From: Christensenellaceae bacterium
GTDB lineage: Bacteria; Bacillota; Clostridia; Christensenellales; UBA1242
Direction of reading: 5' to 3'
Assembly: GCA_031256235.1 (NCBI GenBank)
Contig: JAIRQZ010000009.1
Location: 1 to 47,779, forward strand
Length of the DNA stretch: 47,779 bases
The position numbers were made by a program, and so were the translations under genes. A model generated the notes under the pieces. That model was given only the letters and a program-made list of their open reading frames with translations. It was not told the origin of the DNA and ran no database searches. Of this stretch, positions 25,096-33,961 are shown in pieces (position 1 is the stretch's first letter; every line of letters begins with the position of its first letter).

Positions 25096-25902
25096 TTACG
25101 AGTCAATTTTTTTCAATTCGCGCTTTAGTCGGGCAATGATTTTCTTTTCAAGACGGCTTATATAGGATTGCGAGATACAAAGCATTTCGGCGACTTCTTT
25201 TTGCGTGCGCTCTTCGCCACCCGTATTGCCCAGGCCAAATCTCAATTGCATGATTTCTTGTTCGCGGATGCTTAAGCGGTTAATTGCAAGCCACAACAGA
25301 TTGCGTTCCACCCCAACGTCAAGTTCGTTTTGTACGTTGTCTTGGTCAACACAGATAACGTCGCCAAGGCGGATTTCGGTACCGTCGCTGTCCATATTAA
25401 TGGGCTCGTCAATGCTTACATCTCCCCTGTTTTTTAATACTTTGCGCAGGTGCATTAAAATTTCATTTTCAATGCAACGACTTGAATATGTTGCAAGTTT
25501 GATATTTTTTTCGTACTTGAAACTGTTGACGGCTTTGATAAGACCGATACTTCCGACACTTATTAAATCTTCGATGTCAAGGCCAGTGTTTTCAAACTTT
25601 TTGGCGATATAGACTACCAATCGCAGGTTGTGCTCGATTAACTTTTGACGGGTTTCGGGATATCCCAAATGAAGTTCCTGTAAAAGGGTTTCTTCTTCGT
25701 CCTTGGACAGCGGTTTGGCAAGGGCTTCGGTGCCGTTTATAAAGTATACGAAATTGTCATCCCATAACTTTGCGTTGGTGATTTTCTGAAACAAAGATTT
25801 TGCTCGGGCAAAAATACTGACATGTGAACGAGAGCCCATTACGCTGTTTTCAAATATGGTCATAGTGCAATGTATATTAACAAAGGGCAAGAAATATGAC
25901 AT
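25096..25902 (-). CDS. sigE: Sporulation sigma factor, SigE-like (with pro-sequence)
   Basis: [49 protein letters not shown] and [18 protein letters not shown] match the SigE/SigK group. It has an N-terminal extension and a spoIIGA gene nearby. The exact start is uncertain (Met at codons 1, 14 and 22). Confidence 0.75.
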   Translation of the reverse strand: MSYFLPFVNIHCTMTIFENSVMGSRSHVSIFARAKSLFQKITNAKLWDDNFVYFINGTEALAKPLSKDEEETLLQELHLGYPETRQKLIEHNLRLVVYIAKKFENTGLDIEDLISVGSIGLIKAVNSFKYEKNIKLATYSSRCIENEILMHLRKVLKNRGDVSIDEPINMDSDGTEIRLGDVICVDQDNVQNELDVGVERNLLWLAINRLSIREQEIMQLRFGLGNTGGEERTQKEVAEMLCISQSYISRLEKKIIARLKRELKKIDS

Positions 25903-25960
25903 TTTATTAAAACTCTTTGACTATTTTTGTCGGAAGTGTTAAACAATAGAAGAGGTTTAT

Positions 25961-27466
25961 ATGAAAAAACTTGCGATAATTTTATGTACGGTTATGCTTG
26001 CGGGAATTATAAGTTTCGCGGGCGGGATCCAAGCATTCGTTCACGCTTCGGCAAATTGGAACATCACAAACTACAAGGTCTTTTATATCGGGGCAAAAGA
26101 TGGCGTTTATAAAACGACCTCGCCCGCTTTATTCACAAAAACAGGTATCAATCCTTTGATCGCGGCGGAATTGATGAGAATTTTGAACGAAGTCGGCTTT
26201 GACGAAACAAAGACTGCCGAGGACTTTTCAAACTTTGCGCATAAAGGTGATAATTTGGACTTTCAAACTGGTGCAGTTTATATTCGGCTTTTCGACCGAT
26301 TGACAACATCGGGGACCGACGCAGTCAAGGCCTTTACGGGCAATGATGATGTCGGAGCGCGTTGGTGGCAGGCGGTTTACATGGGCAAAGACACCGTCGG
26401 CAACGACATATTGACGCTTATGATGGCCGAGCCTTACCGCGACAGCCCGTTCAGTGGCACGACCTATGCGACAAGCGCGGCAAGGGCAAATCTTTTAACG
26501 GATTTTGCAGGCGTTTTAAGTGCATATCCGAGTGCGAGTGCAACCATTGCGACGACCAATATTCCATGGCAAGTCGGCCAAGCAAATTCCGTAATAACTT
26601 TCGAGGATGACGAGGACGAGTTTCTTAACCCAGGTTTAAATTCGGACGACAAGGTCTGGTTGCCGTCGGTATACGAGACTTCGATTATGCCTGGCGTGGA
26701 TGACGAAAAGTTGGTTTCAAGCATTGATGCCGACGGCAATCTTGATGATTGGAACAGGACGGGTCTTTGGAAATTGAACGGTTTTGACAGGGGTTTTTTG
26801 CCAAGCGCAACGTATGGTGAAAGTTTGCTTCGGTCACTTTCGACAGACGGGGCTTTTGTGGGTACTTTGGACAGTTCGGACCCCAGTGCCATTTATTCTG
26901 AAGGCGGTCCATATCAAGCGGGCTTGCGGCCTTGCATAAACATCAAATTGTCGGCCATAAGAACAGCACAAATTTATGCGGGCTTTGCAGCAGGAAGCGC
27001 GGCGGCATGGGATGCAGGGGTAAGCACGACGGGCATTAACGGCACAAGCGGTAAAAGCATCAGCGTATTCGGAGGCGGGCTTGGCGATGTCGTGTCGATT
27101 ACTTACTTTTCGGGAAGCAGGCGCAAAATAAGCGGAATCACAATCAATGATATCGAGATAGCCATTGCGTCAAGTTTAAGCAAGGCCGAGTGGCAAGAAA
27201 CAATTACAGGTGCGAAGTTCCGTGCATGGTATGCAAATGATTCGGCTCAAATGGTCAAGGTAGAATTTAAAGATATCAACAACACAAACTTTACATATAA
27301 CACTCCTCTATTTGTTACCGCGACAACCGAAAAATGGACAGGTGGTGGCGGAAAGAAAAAGTTTGATGTTAAAACTTTCGGCTATGTCGCTGGTGGAATT
27401 GCGGTTGTGCTTGCAAGTGCTGCGGTTTTTGTTGCGCTCAAGTCACGAAAAAGTACCGAAGCCTAG
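25961..27466 (+). CDS. Secreted protein with C-terminal TM anchor
   Basis: It has a signal peptide (MKKLAIILCTVMLAGIISFAGG) and a C-terminal helix plus basic tail. It also has a VWLPS...LLRS...GLRPCINIKL pattern like surface-protein domains of the DUF6273 type. SD gaagagg. Confidence 0.55.
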   Translation: MKKLAIILCTVMLAGIISFAGGIQAFVHASANWNITNYKVFYIGAKDGVYKTTSPALFTKTGINPLIAAELMRILNEVGFDETKTAEDFSNFAHKGDNLDFQTGAVYIRLFDRLTTSGTDAVKAFTGNDDVGARWWQAVYMGKDTVGNDILTLMMAEPYRDSPFSGTTYATSAARANLLTDFAGVLSAYPSASATIATTNIPWQVGQANSVITFEDDEDEFLNPGLNSDDKVWLPSVYETSIMPGVDDEKLVSSIDADGNLDDWNRTGLWKLNGFDRGFLPSATYGESLLRSLSTDGAFVGTLDSSDPSAIYSEGGPYQAGLRPCINIKLSAIRTAQIYAGFAAGSAAAWDAGVSTTGINGTSGKSISVFGGGLGDVVSITYFSGSRRKISGITINDIEIAIASSLSKAEWQETITGAKFRAWYANDSAQMVKVEFKDINNTNFTYNTPLFVTATTEKWTGGGGKKKFDVKTFGYVAGGIAVVLASAAVFVALKSRKSTEA

Positions 27467-28113
27467 ACCAAATTAACATTTAACAACGCATCGTATTTGA
27501 TAGAGTCGCGAAAACTTTTGTACGAAAGCCCAAGGCGGACATTATCGTGTGAAATCTTTTGCTTGTTGTCGATTATCTCAAACTTTGCAGGGGCGAAAAC
27601 GAACATCTTGGCATCCGATTTATCCACAGTCGAAAAGTTTATATAATGCCCGTTTATTACTGGGAACATCTTTAAATACAACTTTAACGAAATGATTACG
27701 ACAGGTGCGTTGCTCTCGGGGTCAACAAGCCTGTTCCCTGTGTCAAGATACCCTTTTGTTTTGTACTCTTTGCCCTTGTATGTGATTATGCAGTCGCGCA
27801 AGTGCGTGGTTACGGCTTGGCGCATGCACATGAATTTGATAAGACCAGACATAACACACAGAAACATCACGGTCACAAAAACTTTTGTGGCCATAAGAAC
27901 AACTATTGCGACATAAAAAGTTTTCGGGTTGAAAATTGTCAAAAGCCCCATAGAGGCAAGCGGGACTACACACGCAAAAAGCATGCCAACAGTTATACAG
28001 ACGGCCATTTTCCACAAGACAAGTTTATGCTTGATGGTTTTAAAAAGGAATCCAAGCAACACGAAGTTTATTACAAGATTGTCTATGATTGCGTACTCGA
28101 CGTATATCGACAT
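27463..28113 (-). CDS. spoIIGA: Sigma-E processing aspartic peptidase SpoIIGA (short form)
   Basis: The N-terminus is IYVEYAIIDNLVINFVLL with about 5 TM helices. The catalytic motif is GYLDTGNRLVDPESNAPVVII. Confidence 0.7.
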   Translation of the reverse strand: MSIYVEYAIIDNLVINFVLLGFLFKTIKHKLVLWKMAVCITVGMLFACVVPLASMGLLTIFNPKTFYVAIVVLMATKVFVTVMFLCVMSGLIKFMCMRQAVTTHLRDCIITYKGKEYKTKGYLDTGNRLVDPESNAPVVIISLKLYLKMFPVINGHYINFSTVDKSDAKMFVFAPAKFEIIDNKQKISHDNVRLGLSYKSFRDSIKYDALLNVNLV

Positions 28114-28147
28114 ACATATGTATATGCGAGCATGCCATTAGAATATG

Positions 28148-28606
28148 TTAATTCTTTACGCCGATTCCACTTGGAGTCATGATAAATTTGTGCGTGTCGA
28201 GCGGTTTGATAGTACCACCAAGGCCACAAGCAACACCGCTTAAAAAATCAATGCGTCGTTGCGTTTCATTCACGGGGATTCCTTCAAAGTTGACTATGAC
28301 GGCTTCGTTGGTTTTAAGATGGTCAACAATAGCGATAACTTCTACATCAGTTTTAGGCGATATTATCAAAATATGTCGGTTGCCGATTGTGCCGCCTTGG
28401 AACGCAGAGTTAAAACCTTGATTATCAACCGCGCGTGTCGGCGTGTCGTAGTTGAACAAGACCGCGGCCGCGTGGGATTGAGGGTTCGGAATCGGCGCAA
28501 GTTCTTGTTCAAATTCTTGTTCTTGTTGGATTGGTTCGGTGGCGCTACCTTTTGTTGGACGGCGCTCGGTACTGAAGCCTTTTGTTACCCAGTTCATAAA
28601 TGACAT
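28148..28606 (-). CDS. sepF: Cell division protein SepF
   Basis: The C-terminal DUF552 core is ILIISPKTDVEVIAIVDHLKTNEAVIVNFEGIPVNETQRRIDFLSG. Confidence 0.85.
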   Translation of the reverse strand: MSFMNWVTKGFSTERRPTKGSATEPIQQEQEFEQELAPIPNPQSHAAAVLFNYDTPTRAVDNQGFNSAFQGGTIGNRHILIISPKTDVEVIAIVDHLKTNEAVIVNFEGIPVNETQRRIDFLSGVACGLGGTIKPLDTHKFIMTPSGIGVKN

Positions 28607-28617
28607 GTCTTATTGTG

Positions 28618-29391
28618 TCAGATTTTTAGGCTTTCTGTCAAATCAAAATAAGCAAAAATAACCCACGATGCGGAATTTTTTAACACGTGCGAAAAATTTG
28701 CGGGGGCGGTGTCAAGCCATAAAAGATTCAACCCGAACAGTTGCTTTGTAAGCGCTCCCAGCAATAATGCATAGTCGGGGCTTTTGGATTCAGATTGTAT
28801 AATTTCAAGTTCGCCCCGCAAGTCTACAAGATTGTTATAGGCAAGTCGGGCTTTGTCGATTATGTCGGATGCCGTTATCGATTTTTCTTTGTACTGCGAC
28901 AACAAATCACACAAAGTCTCAAAGGTAGGTTTGAACGTCCCGACAAGTGTTGTGACAAGTTCTCTGTGGCCTTGATTTGCAAGTTTCAAGTTGGCTGTTT
29001 TCGTTGTGCACGGCGTGCCTGCTTCAAGTTCGTCTGTGTGGATGTTATCTATCACCGCCCATGCGTCGCCCGATTGCACAAGGTATCCGCTTCCACCGCT
29101 TTGTTTAACTTCCGTGCTTGTCCTCATCGCGTCGGACTTGTTTGTGTGGGTATCACTTAAGGTCACATAAAATGTCACCTGCTCCAATGCAAGCGCAGAT
29201 GAATCTTTACGTGTAAAATTGACGAATCCAAACAAAAGATTGCCTACAAAAAACAATATTGCCAAAGCAATCGGCACGACGATGAAGATAAACATGCCAC
29301 GGCGCGGACGATAACGGGTGTATTTATAGCCACTGTATGCATCAGCGTAATTATCATTACCTTTATGTAAAACTTTATCGCCCGATTCCAT
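28618..29391 (-). CDS. Single-pass membrane protein, possible SPOR-like domain
   Basis: It has a TM helix FIFIVVPIALAILFFVGNLLF, then FYVTLSD...SGGSGYLVQSGDAWAVI. The start is set at the Met (29391) that avoids overlap with obg. Confidence 0.35.
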   Translation of the reverse strand: MESGDKVLHKGNDNYADAYSGYKYTRYRPRRGMFIFIVVPIALAILFFVGNLLFGFVNFTRKDSSALALEQVTFYVTLSDTHTNKSDAMRTSTEVKQSGGSGYLVQSGDAWAVIDNIHTDELEAGTPCTTKTANLKLANQGHRELVTTLVGTFKPTFETLCDLLSQYKEKSITASDIIDKARLAYNNLVDLRGELEIIQSESKSPDYALLLGALTKQLFGLNLLWLDTAPANFSHVLKNSASWVIFAYFDLTESLKI

Positions 29392-29419
29392 GGCAATGAA
29401 TATGCGGGTTTTGTCGAAT

Positions 29420-30622
29420 TTAGTCGCGCCAAATAAACTGCGTATCGGCGACCTGCACGGTATCACCGTCAATCATGCCAAGATTTTTTAATGCTTCAAT
29501 CACTCCGCTTTTATCAAGTCGGCGGTGGAAGTATGCCGCGGACTCGGTGTCAGAAAGGACCACGCCACGGATTAGGTTGTCAATCATTGGGCCCGTTGCG
29601 GTATAGACTCCTTCTGCGTCGACAAAGACTTCAAATTTGTTTTTGTCGATGGCCACTTCCAAAATCGCGGTGGTTTGGCTTTCGTTAGGTTTCGGCAAAA
29701 GACTTACCTGCTTGGCGATGTGGTTCATAAGTTCGTCGATACCTTCTCGTGTGGCGCACGAGATATAAAAGTCACAGCCTTTGATTTTTTCATTGACATC
29801 AATTTTGTTTTGGACAAGGATTCGGGGCCTTTTTACAAGGTCGGAAGAAAAATTTTCAAGTTCCTTTTTGATGATTTGGATTTGGGATTCTTCTTCGATT
29901 ATATGGACAAGCAAACGAGTGCGGTTGATGTGTTTCAAAAAGTCTATACCAAGGCCGACGCCGTTACTTGCGCCTTCAATAAGGCCAGGAATATCGGCAA
30001 AGATTATGGTTTGTGAACCTTTTGAATATACTCCAATGTTCGGGTGCAGGGTCGTGAACGGGTAATTTCCGATTTTGGGGTTTGCTCGACTTACAATGGA
30101 TAGCAACGAACTTTTGCCCACATTCGGGAAACCAACAAGGCCGACATCAGCGATACAGTTTAATTCAAGCACCACCGTATGCATTGCGGTCGTGATGCCG
30201 TGTTGTGAAAAATTTGGAGTTTGGCGCCGTGCGGTTGCGTACTTTGCGTTGCCTTGGCCTCCTCCGCCACCACGCAATGCAAGGTATTTTTGGTCTTTTT
30301 CAACTATGTCGGCAAGTAACCCGCCGTCCATATTCAATACCTTTGTTCCCAAAGGCACGTGTATCTCAAGGTCTTTGCCGTTGGAACCGCTTTTGTTCAT
30401 TGGGCGACCGTTGATGCCGTCTTCGGCCTTGAATTCGTGATTGTATCGAAAGTCAATCAAGTTGTCTGCACGGGTAGAGCCAATGAAAACTATGTCGCCG
30501 CCTTTACCACCGTCTCCTCCATTTGGGCCACCACGTTGGGTGTTTTTGTCGCGAAGAAACGATGTGTGGCCGTTGCCACCGTTGCCTGCTTTTATTTTTA
30601 TCTCGACTCTGTCAATGAACAT
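29420..30622 (-). CDS. obg: GTPase Obg
   Basis: It has the glycine-rich Obg fold (GGNGGNG...GGDGGKGG), G motifs GFPNVGKSS and DIPGLIEGA, and a C-terminal OCT domain. Confidence 0.95.
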   Translation of the reverse strand: MFIDRVEIKIKAGNGGNGHTSFLRDKNTQRGGPNGGDGGKGGDIVFIGSTRADNLIDFRYNHEFKAEDGINGRPMNKSGSNGKDLEIHVPLGTKVLNMDGGLLADIVEKDQKYLALRGGGGGQGNAKYATARRQTPNFSQHGITTAMHTVVLELNCIADVGLVGFPNVGKSSLLSIVSRANPKIGNYPFTTLHPNIGVYSKGSQTIIFADIPGLIEGASNGVGLGIDFLKHINRTRLLVHIIEEESQIQIIKKELENFSSDLVKRPRILVQNKIDVNEKIKGCDFYISCATREGIDELMNHIAKQVSLLPKPNESQTTAILEVAIDKNKFEVFVDAEGVYTATGPMIDNLIRGVVLSDTESAAYFHRRLDKSGVIEALKNLGMIDGDTVQVADTQFIWRD

Positions 30623-30675
30623 AATGTATCATAACATGATTGACAATTTTCGCAAAAGAGTTTATACTACAACCG

Positions 30676-31110
30676 ATGAATAATTATTTTGAAGTGCAAA
30701 TTGAATATGAAAACGCTACTGATAAACCAACACTTTGTGGGGTTTTGGAATTTGAAAACGACGTGCGTGCTATAAAAGATGGCGACAAAGGCAAATTTAT
30801 AAAACAATTCAAAGGCATCGTTGATGGAAAAGGCGTTTTGGGGCATATGGAAATGAGCCCTTACAATTCAACATTGCAATTCAGAAAATTTGCAAAAGAC
30901 CACGCGTCATCGGTGTTCAGTTTAAAAACAAACAGGGACTTTGTATTCAGTGGCACCTGTGATACATCGGGAACCAAACAACCCGAAAACGTAAGTTTTA
31001 CAAAGTTTGTTTGCTTGTCCGACGAAGAGGTCCAAGAAAAAGGCATCAAAGAAACTTTGAACAAAGGTTATAAAGAAATCGGATTCGGTTTAGAGCGTGA
31101 ATTGTCGTGA
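30676..31110 (+). CDS. Hypothetical protein, paralogue A of a tandem pair
   Basis: It shares YFEVQIEY, LEFENDVR and LSDEEVQEKGIKETLNKGY blocks with the next gene. The ORF track starts at a TTG at 30640. Confidence 0.45.
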   Translation: MNNYFEVQIEYENATDKPTLCGVLEFENDVRAIKDGDKGKFIKQFKGIVDGKGVLGHMEMSPYNSTLQFRKFAKDHASSVFSLKTNRDFVFSGTCDTSGTKQPENVSFTKFVCLSDEEVQEKGIKETLNKGYKEIGFGLERELS

Positions 31111-31733
31111 AATACTTTAAAATCGAAGGCGAATACGCACGTAACGACGGAGTCTTTTATAGCGGAGATGAATTCACGGGCTTTTTTGAACTTGACGAAC
31201 AAGTGCGTAAGTATGACCACCCCGTGTATGGCGAAGTCGGCGTACAACACTTTTGGGGCGTCCAAAACGAAAGACAGGATATGGCGGAAGAACTTGCCAT
31301 CAAAGATTGCAAGCCTTTGATGCTTGGTTTTATACAAACTCACCGAGTTGGACAAGTCTTGAACTTTACCGAAATTCCAAACCACCCTTTTTTACATATC
31401 GAGCCCGCTACCTATACTGTGGAATCCAAGGGTGACGGGGCTTTCGAGGGCAAATGCGTTATCGACCCCTTGGCGTTCCAAGACGATGCCACTATGGCCG
31501 AACTTGCACAGGCAACAGGAATAATGGAACCAAAAAAAGCCAATGTATTTACCACCGAACTTACCAATGAAGAAGTCAAAGACAACAAAATCAAAGAGTT
31601 TTTGGACGAGGGCTACATACAAAACGTATGGCTTGGGTTCAGGCCAGAAATGCGCGCCGTTATCGAAGAATTTGAAGGCTCGAGAAACGCGCTTATCAAA
31701 TTGAATCAAGAGCAAGAAGACAAATCAATTTAA
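31107..31733 (+). CDS. Hypothetical protein, paralogue B of a tandem pair
   Basis: It has YFKIEGEY, FELDEQVR and LTNEEVKDNKIKEFLDEGY blocks collinear with paralogue A. Its GTG start overlaps the upstream stop (GTGA). Confidence 0.45.
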   Translation: MKYFKIEGEYARNDGVFYSGDEFTGFFELDEQVRKYDHPVYGEVGVQHFWGVQNERQDMAEELAIKDCKPLMLGFIQTHRVGQVLNFTEIPNHPFLHIEPATYTVESKGDGAFEGKCVIDPLAFQDDATMAELAQATGIMEPKKANVFTTELTNEEVKDNKIKEFLDEGYIQNVWLGFRPEMRAVIEEFEGSRNALIKLNQEQEDKSI

Positions 31734-32348
31734 ATCACAAAATTCCTTTATCATGCAGTTTTTGCAATCGGGCTTTTTTGCCGTGCAATGATAGCGACCG
31801 AACAAAACCATGTAAAGGTGATACTTTGACCAATTTCCGCGAGCCAGGATTTTGCCAAGGTCGCGTTCGATTGCTTCTGGGGTCGTGCCTTTTGAAAACC
31901 CAAGGCGCTGACTTACTCGCGACACATGGGTGTCGACAGGGATTGCGGGAATCCCATAAAATTCGGATACAAAAACCGATGCAGTCTTGCGCCCTACGCC
32001 CGCCAATGCCGTCAATGCATCGATGTCATCGGGGATTTTGGATTCTCCCTTGTCATTCAAATCGCGACAAAGCGAGATTATATTTTTTGCTTTGTTGCGA
32101 TAAAAACCTGTTGAATAAATATACTTTTCTACTTCATGCGGGTCCGCGGTTGCATAATCGGCAATAGTTTTAAACCTTGCAAACAATGCTGGAGTGACCA
32201 TATTTACGCGCTTGTCTGTGCATTGAGCCGACAGTATTATGGCGACCAACAACTGTAAATCATCGGCATAGTTAAGTTCGCACTTTGGATTTTCGCCAAA
32301 AAGCGTGGCGAAATGGGAGAATATTTTGTCTACTTTTTCGGTTTGCAC
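31725..32348 (-). CDS. nth: Endonuclease III
   Basis: It has the HhH-GPD motif LAGVGRKTASV and the C-terminal 4Fe-4S cluster CTAKKPDCKNCMIKEFC. Confidence 0.9.
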   Translation of the reverse strand: MQTEKVDKIFSHFATLFGENPKCELNYADDLQLLVAIILSAQCTDKRVNMVTPALFARFKTIADYATADPHEVEKYIYSTGFYRNKAKNIISLCRDLNDKGESKIPDDIDALTALAGVGRKTASVFVSEFYGIPAIPVDTHVSRVSQRLGFSKGTTPEAIERDLGKILARGNWSKYHLYMVLFGRYHCTAKKPDCKNCMIKEFCDLN

Positions 32349-32361
32349 ATATATTTATAAC

Positions 32362-32568
32362 ATGAATGAAAAAGATTTGAAAGCAACAATCGAAAGTTAC
32401 AGCAAGTTGTCCAATGACCAGTTGATGATTGAATTCGCCAAGCATATGTCTTTGCAAAAGCAAAAAGACGGCGGAGCAAGCATGCGTAAAACGATTGAAC
32501 GAATCAAGCCGTTTCTTAACGCGGAACAGCGCGCAAGATTGGAGAAAGTTTTAAAAGATGCCGAATAA
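32362..32568 (+). CDS. Small helical protein, unknown function
   Basis: It is 68 aa from the ATG at 32362. The longer ORF from 32305 would overlap the nth start. Confidence 0.3.
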   Translation: MNEKDLKATIESYSKLSNDQLMIEFAKHMSLQKQKDGGASMRKTIERIKPFLNAEQRARLEKVLKDAE

Positions 32569-32908
32569 CAGCATCAAAGATTGGGTAGTACCTACAAAGT
32601 TGGAAAGCGCAGGCGCTTCTTTTGATAAAGTCGTGCAGGCAGACGAAATCATTTCTGACGCACCGAAAGCCACCGAGCCTGCACCTGCACCTACAGCCAT
32701 GTCCGAAGCCTCTGGTGGTGGGTTTTCGCCCGAGATGCTTATGGGACTTCTAGGCGACCAAAACCCTATGATGAGTACAATGATGTCAATAATAAGTGGC
32801 GAAAAGCCCGACATGATGTCATTACTGCCCTTGTTTATGCAACTTAACACCAAAAAAGAAAGCGCCCCACAGACGCTTTCTTTGGATGATTACAAAATCA
32901 TTTCTTGA
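32558..32908 (+). CDS. Small Met/Pro-rich low-complexity protein, unknown function
   Basis: An ORF of 116 aa that overlaps the upstream stop. It has no recognisable motif. Confidence 0.3.
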   Translation: MPNNSIKDWVVPTKLESAGASFDKVVQADEIISDAPKATEPAPAPTAMSEASGGGFSPEMLMGLLGDQNPMMSTMMSIISGEKPDMMSLLPLFMQLNTKKESAPQTLSLDDYKIIS

Positions 32909-33452
32909 CCGATGCGTTGGTAACATCGATAACGCCTACGTGGCCGTCTTCGCGTTTGTACATTACTTTTACGTTTTTGGTTTTTTCATCCGCGTAAATA
33001 AAGAAACTTATGTCCAATGTCGCAAGCGCCAATTCGGCAACCGTGTCGGACATTAACTTGATGTCGAAAGATTTGGTCTTTTTGATTTCGGTGCTTGGAA
33101 GATTCCAAATTTCTTTTGGCTTGGTGTACGAAAGCGTCTTTTCATTTATGGATTCGTGACGCAGAACTGTGCGAAGTTTTTCTTTGTTACGGACGACTTG
33201 GCGCTCGATTTTGCCAAGCACAATGTCGATATTGCTGTACATATTGCGACTGTCGGCTTGGGCGCGGAACGAATGGCCTTTTGAAGTGATTGTCAACTCC
33301 ATGCGTTCGGTACCGCTTACACTTGCACAAACCATGATGAATGATGTCTTTTCATCAAAGTATTTTTGGATTTTTTCAAGTTTCTTTTCGACAAGGTCGC
33401 GCAGTTTGTCCGAGACCTTGTAGTTTCTTTCATGTATTGTGATATTTAACAT
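32898..33452 (-). CDS. hpf: Ribosome hibernation promoting factor (long HPF)
   Basis: The N-terminal RaiA/S30AE fold is ITIHERNYKVSDKLRDLVEKKLEKIQKYF. The length of 184 aa includes a C-terminal dimerisation domain. Confidence 0.9.
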   Translation of the reverse strand: MLNITIHERNYKVSDKLRDLVEKKLEKIQKYFDEKTSFIMVCASVSGTERMELTITSKGHSFRAQADSRNMYSNIDIVLGKIERQVVRNKEKLRTVLRHESINEKTLSYTKPKEIWNLPSTEIKKTKSFDIKLMSDTVAELALATLDISFFIYADEKTKNVKVMYKREDGHVGVIDVTNASVKK

Positions 33453-33961
33453 ATTGTGATTATATAGGCGTCGGAAAACTTTTGCAAGTCAATTTCAACA
33501 TTTGTCGAAACTTTATTGAAAACGACAAGGCCGATTTTGCGAAAATGCGCACGGGCAAGCGCCACTGTAATCAGTTCTTCACCAGTAAGAAGTTTTACAT
33601 TGAAAGTTTCAAGTTTCCTAAGATTATAAAGTCCGATGACTTCGTCGGTTCGGGCCATTGCCGTTTTTTTGTCGGTGCGCAGGCGCAAAGCCTTGTATAT
33701 ATTGCGACGAACACTTCCGCGGATAAACATTGTGCGGTCGCCAAGAGCCAGTACGTTGTTGAAACTTGAACGATTGAAACATAATCCGTCGCCCGAAATT
33801 GTGCCCGTATAACCCGCATCAAGGCCACACAGCACCCAAAACAGTTTGTCGGCAAGCGCACGCTCGCCTACGTTGTATGTGTATGGCTTGCCACGTTCGA
33901 CAAGGTCCGTGAAGTCAAACTTCATGTCCTTAAGTTGAAAAGATATGTCTACTTTAAGCAT
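33446..33961 (-). CDS. Degenerate ABC-ATPase-like protein (motifs eroded)
   Basis: It is collinear with ABC NBDs, but Walker A is GERALADK, the signature LSGGQ is LTGEE, and Walker B is VVFNKV. Confidence 0.4.
   Translation of the reverse strand: MLKVDISFQLKDMKFDFTDLVERGKPYTYNVGERALADKLFWVLCGLDAGYTGTISGDGLCFNRSSFNNVLALGDRTMFIRGSVRRNIYKALRLRTDKKTAMARTDEVIGLYNLRKLETFNVKLLTGEELITVALARAHFRKIGLVVFNKVSTNVEIDLQKFSDAYIITIC

Noticed and set aside
25928-25934. TGTCGGA in the sigE divergent spacer resembles a Spo0A box (TGTCGAA).
   Set aside because: It is a single 7-mer with one mismatch, which is not statistically meaningful without expression or comparative data.
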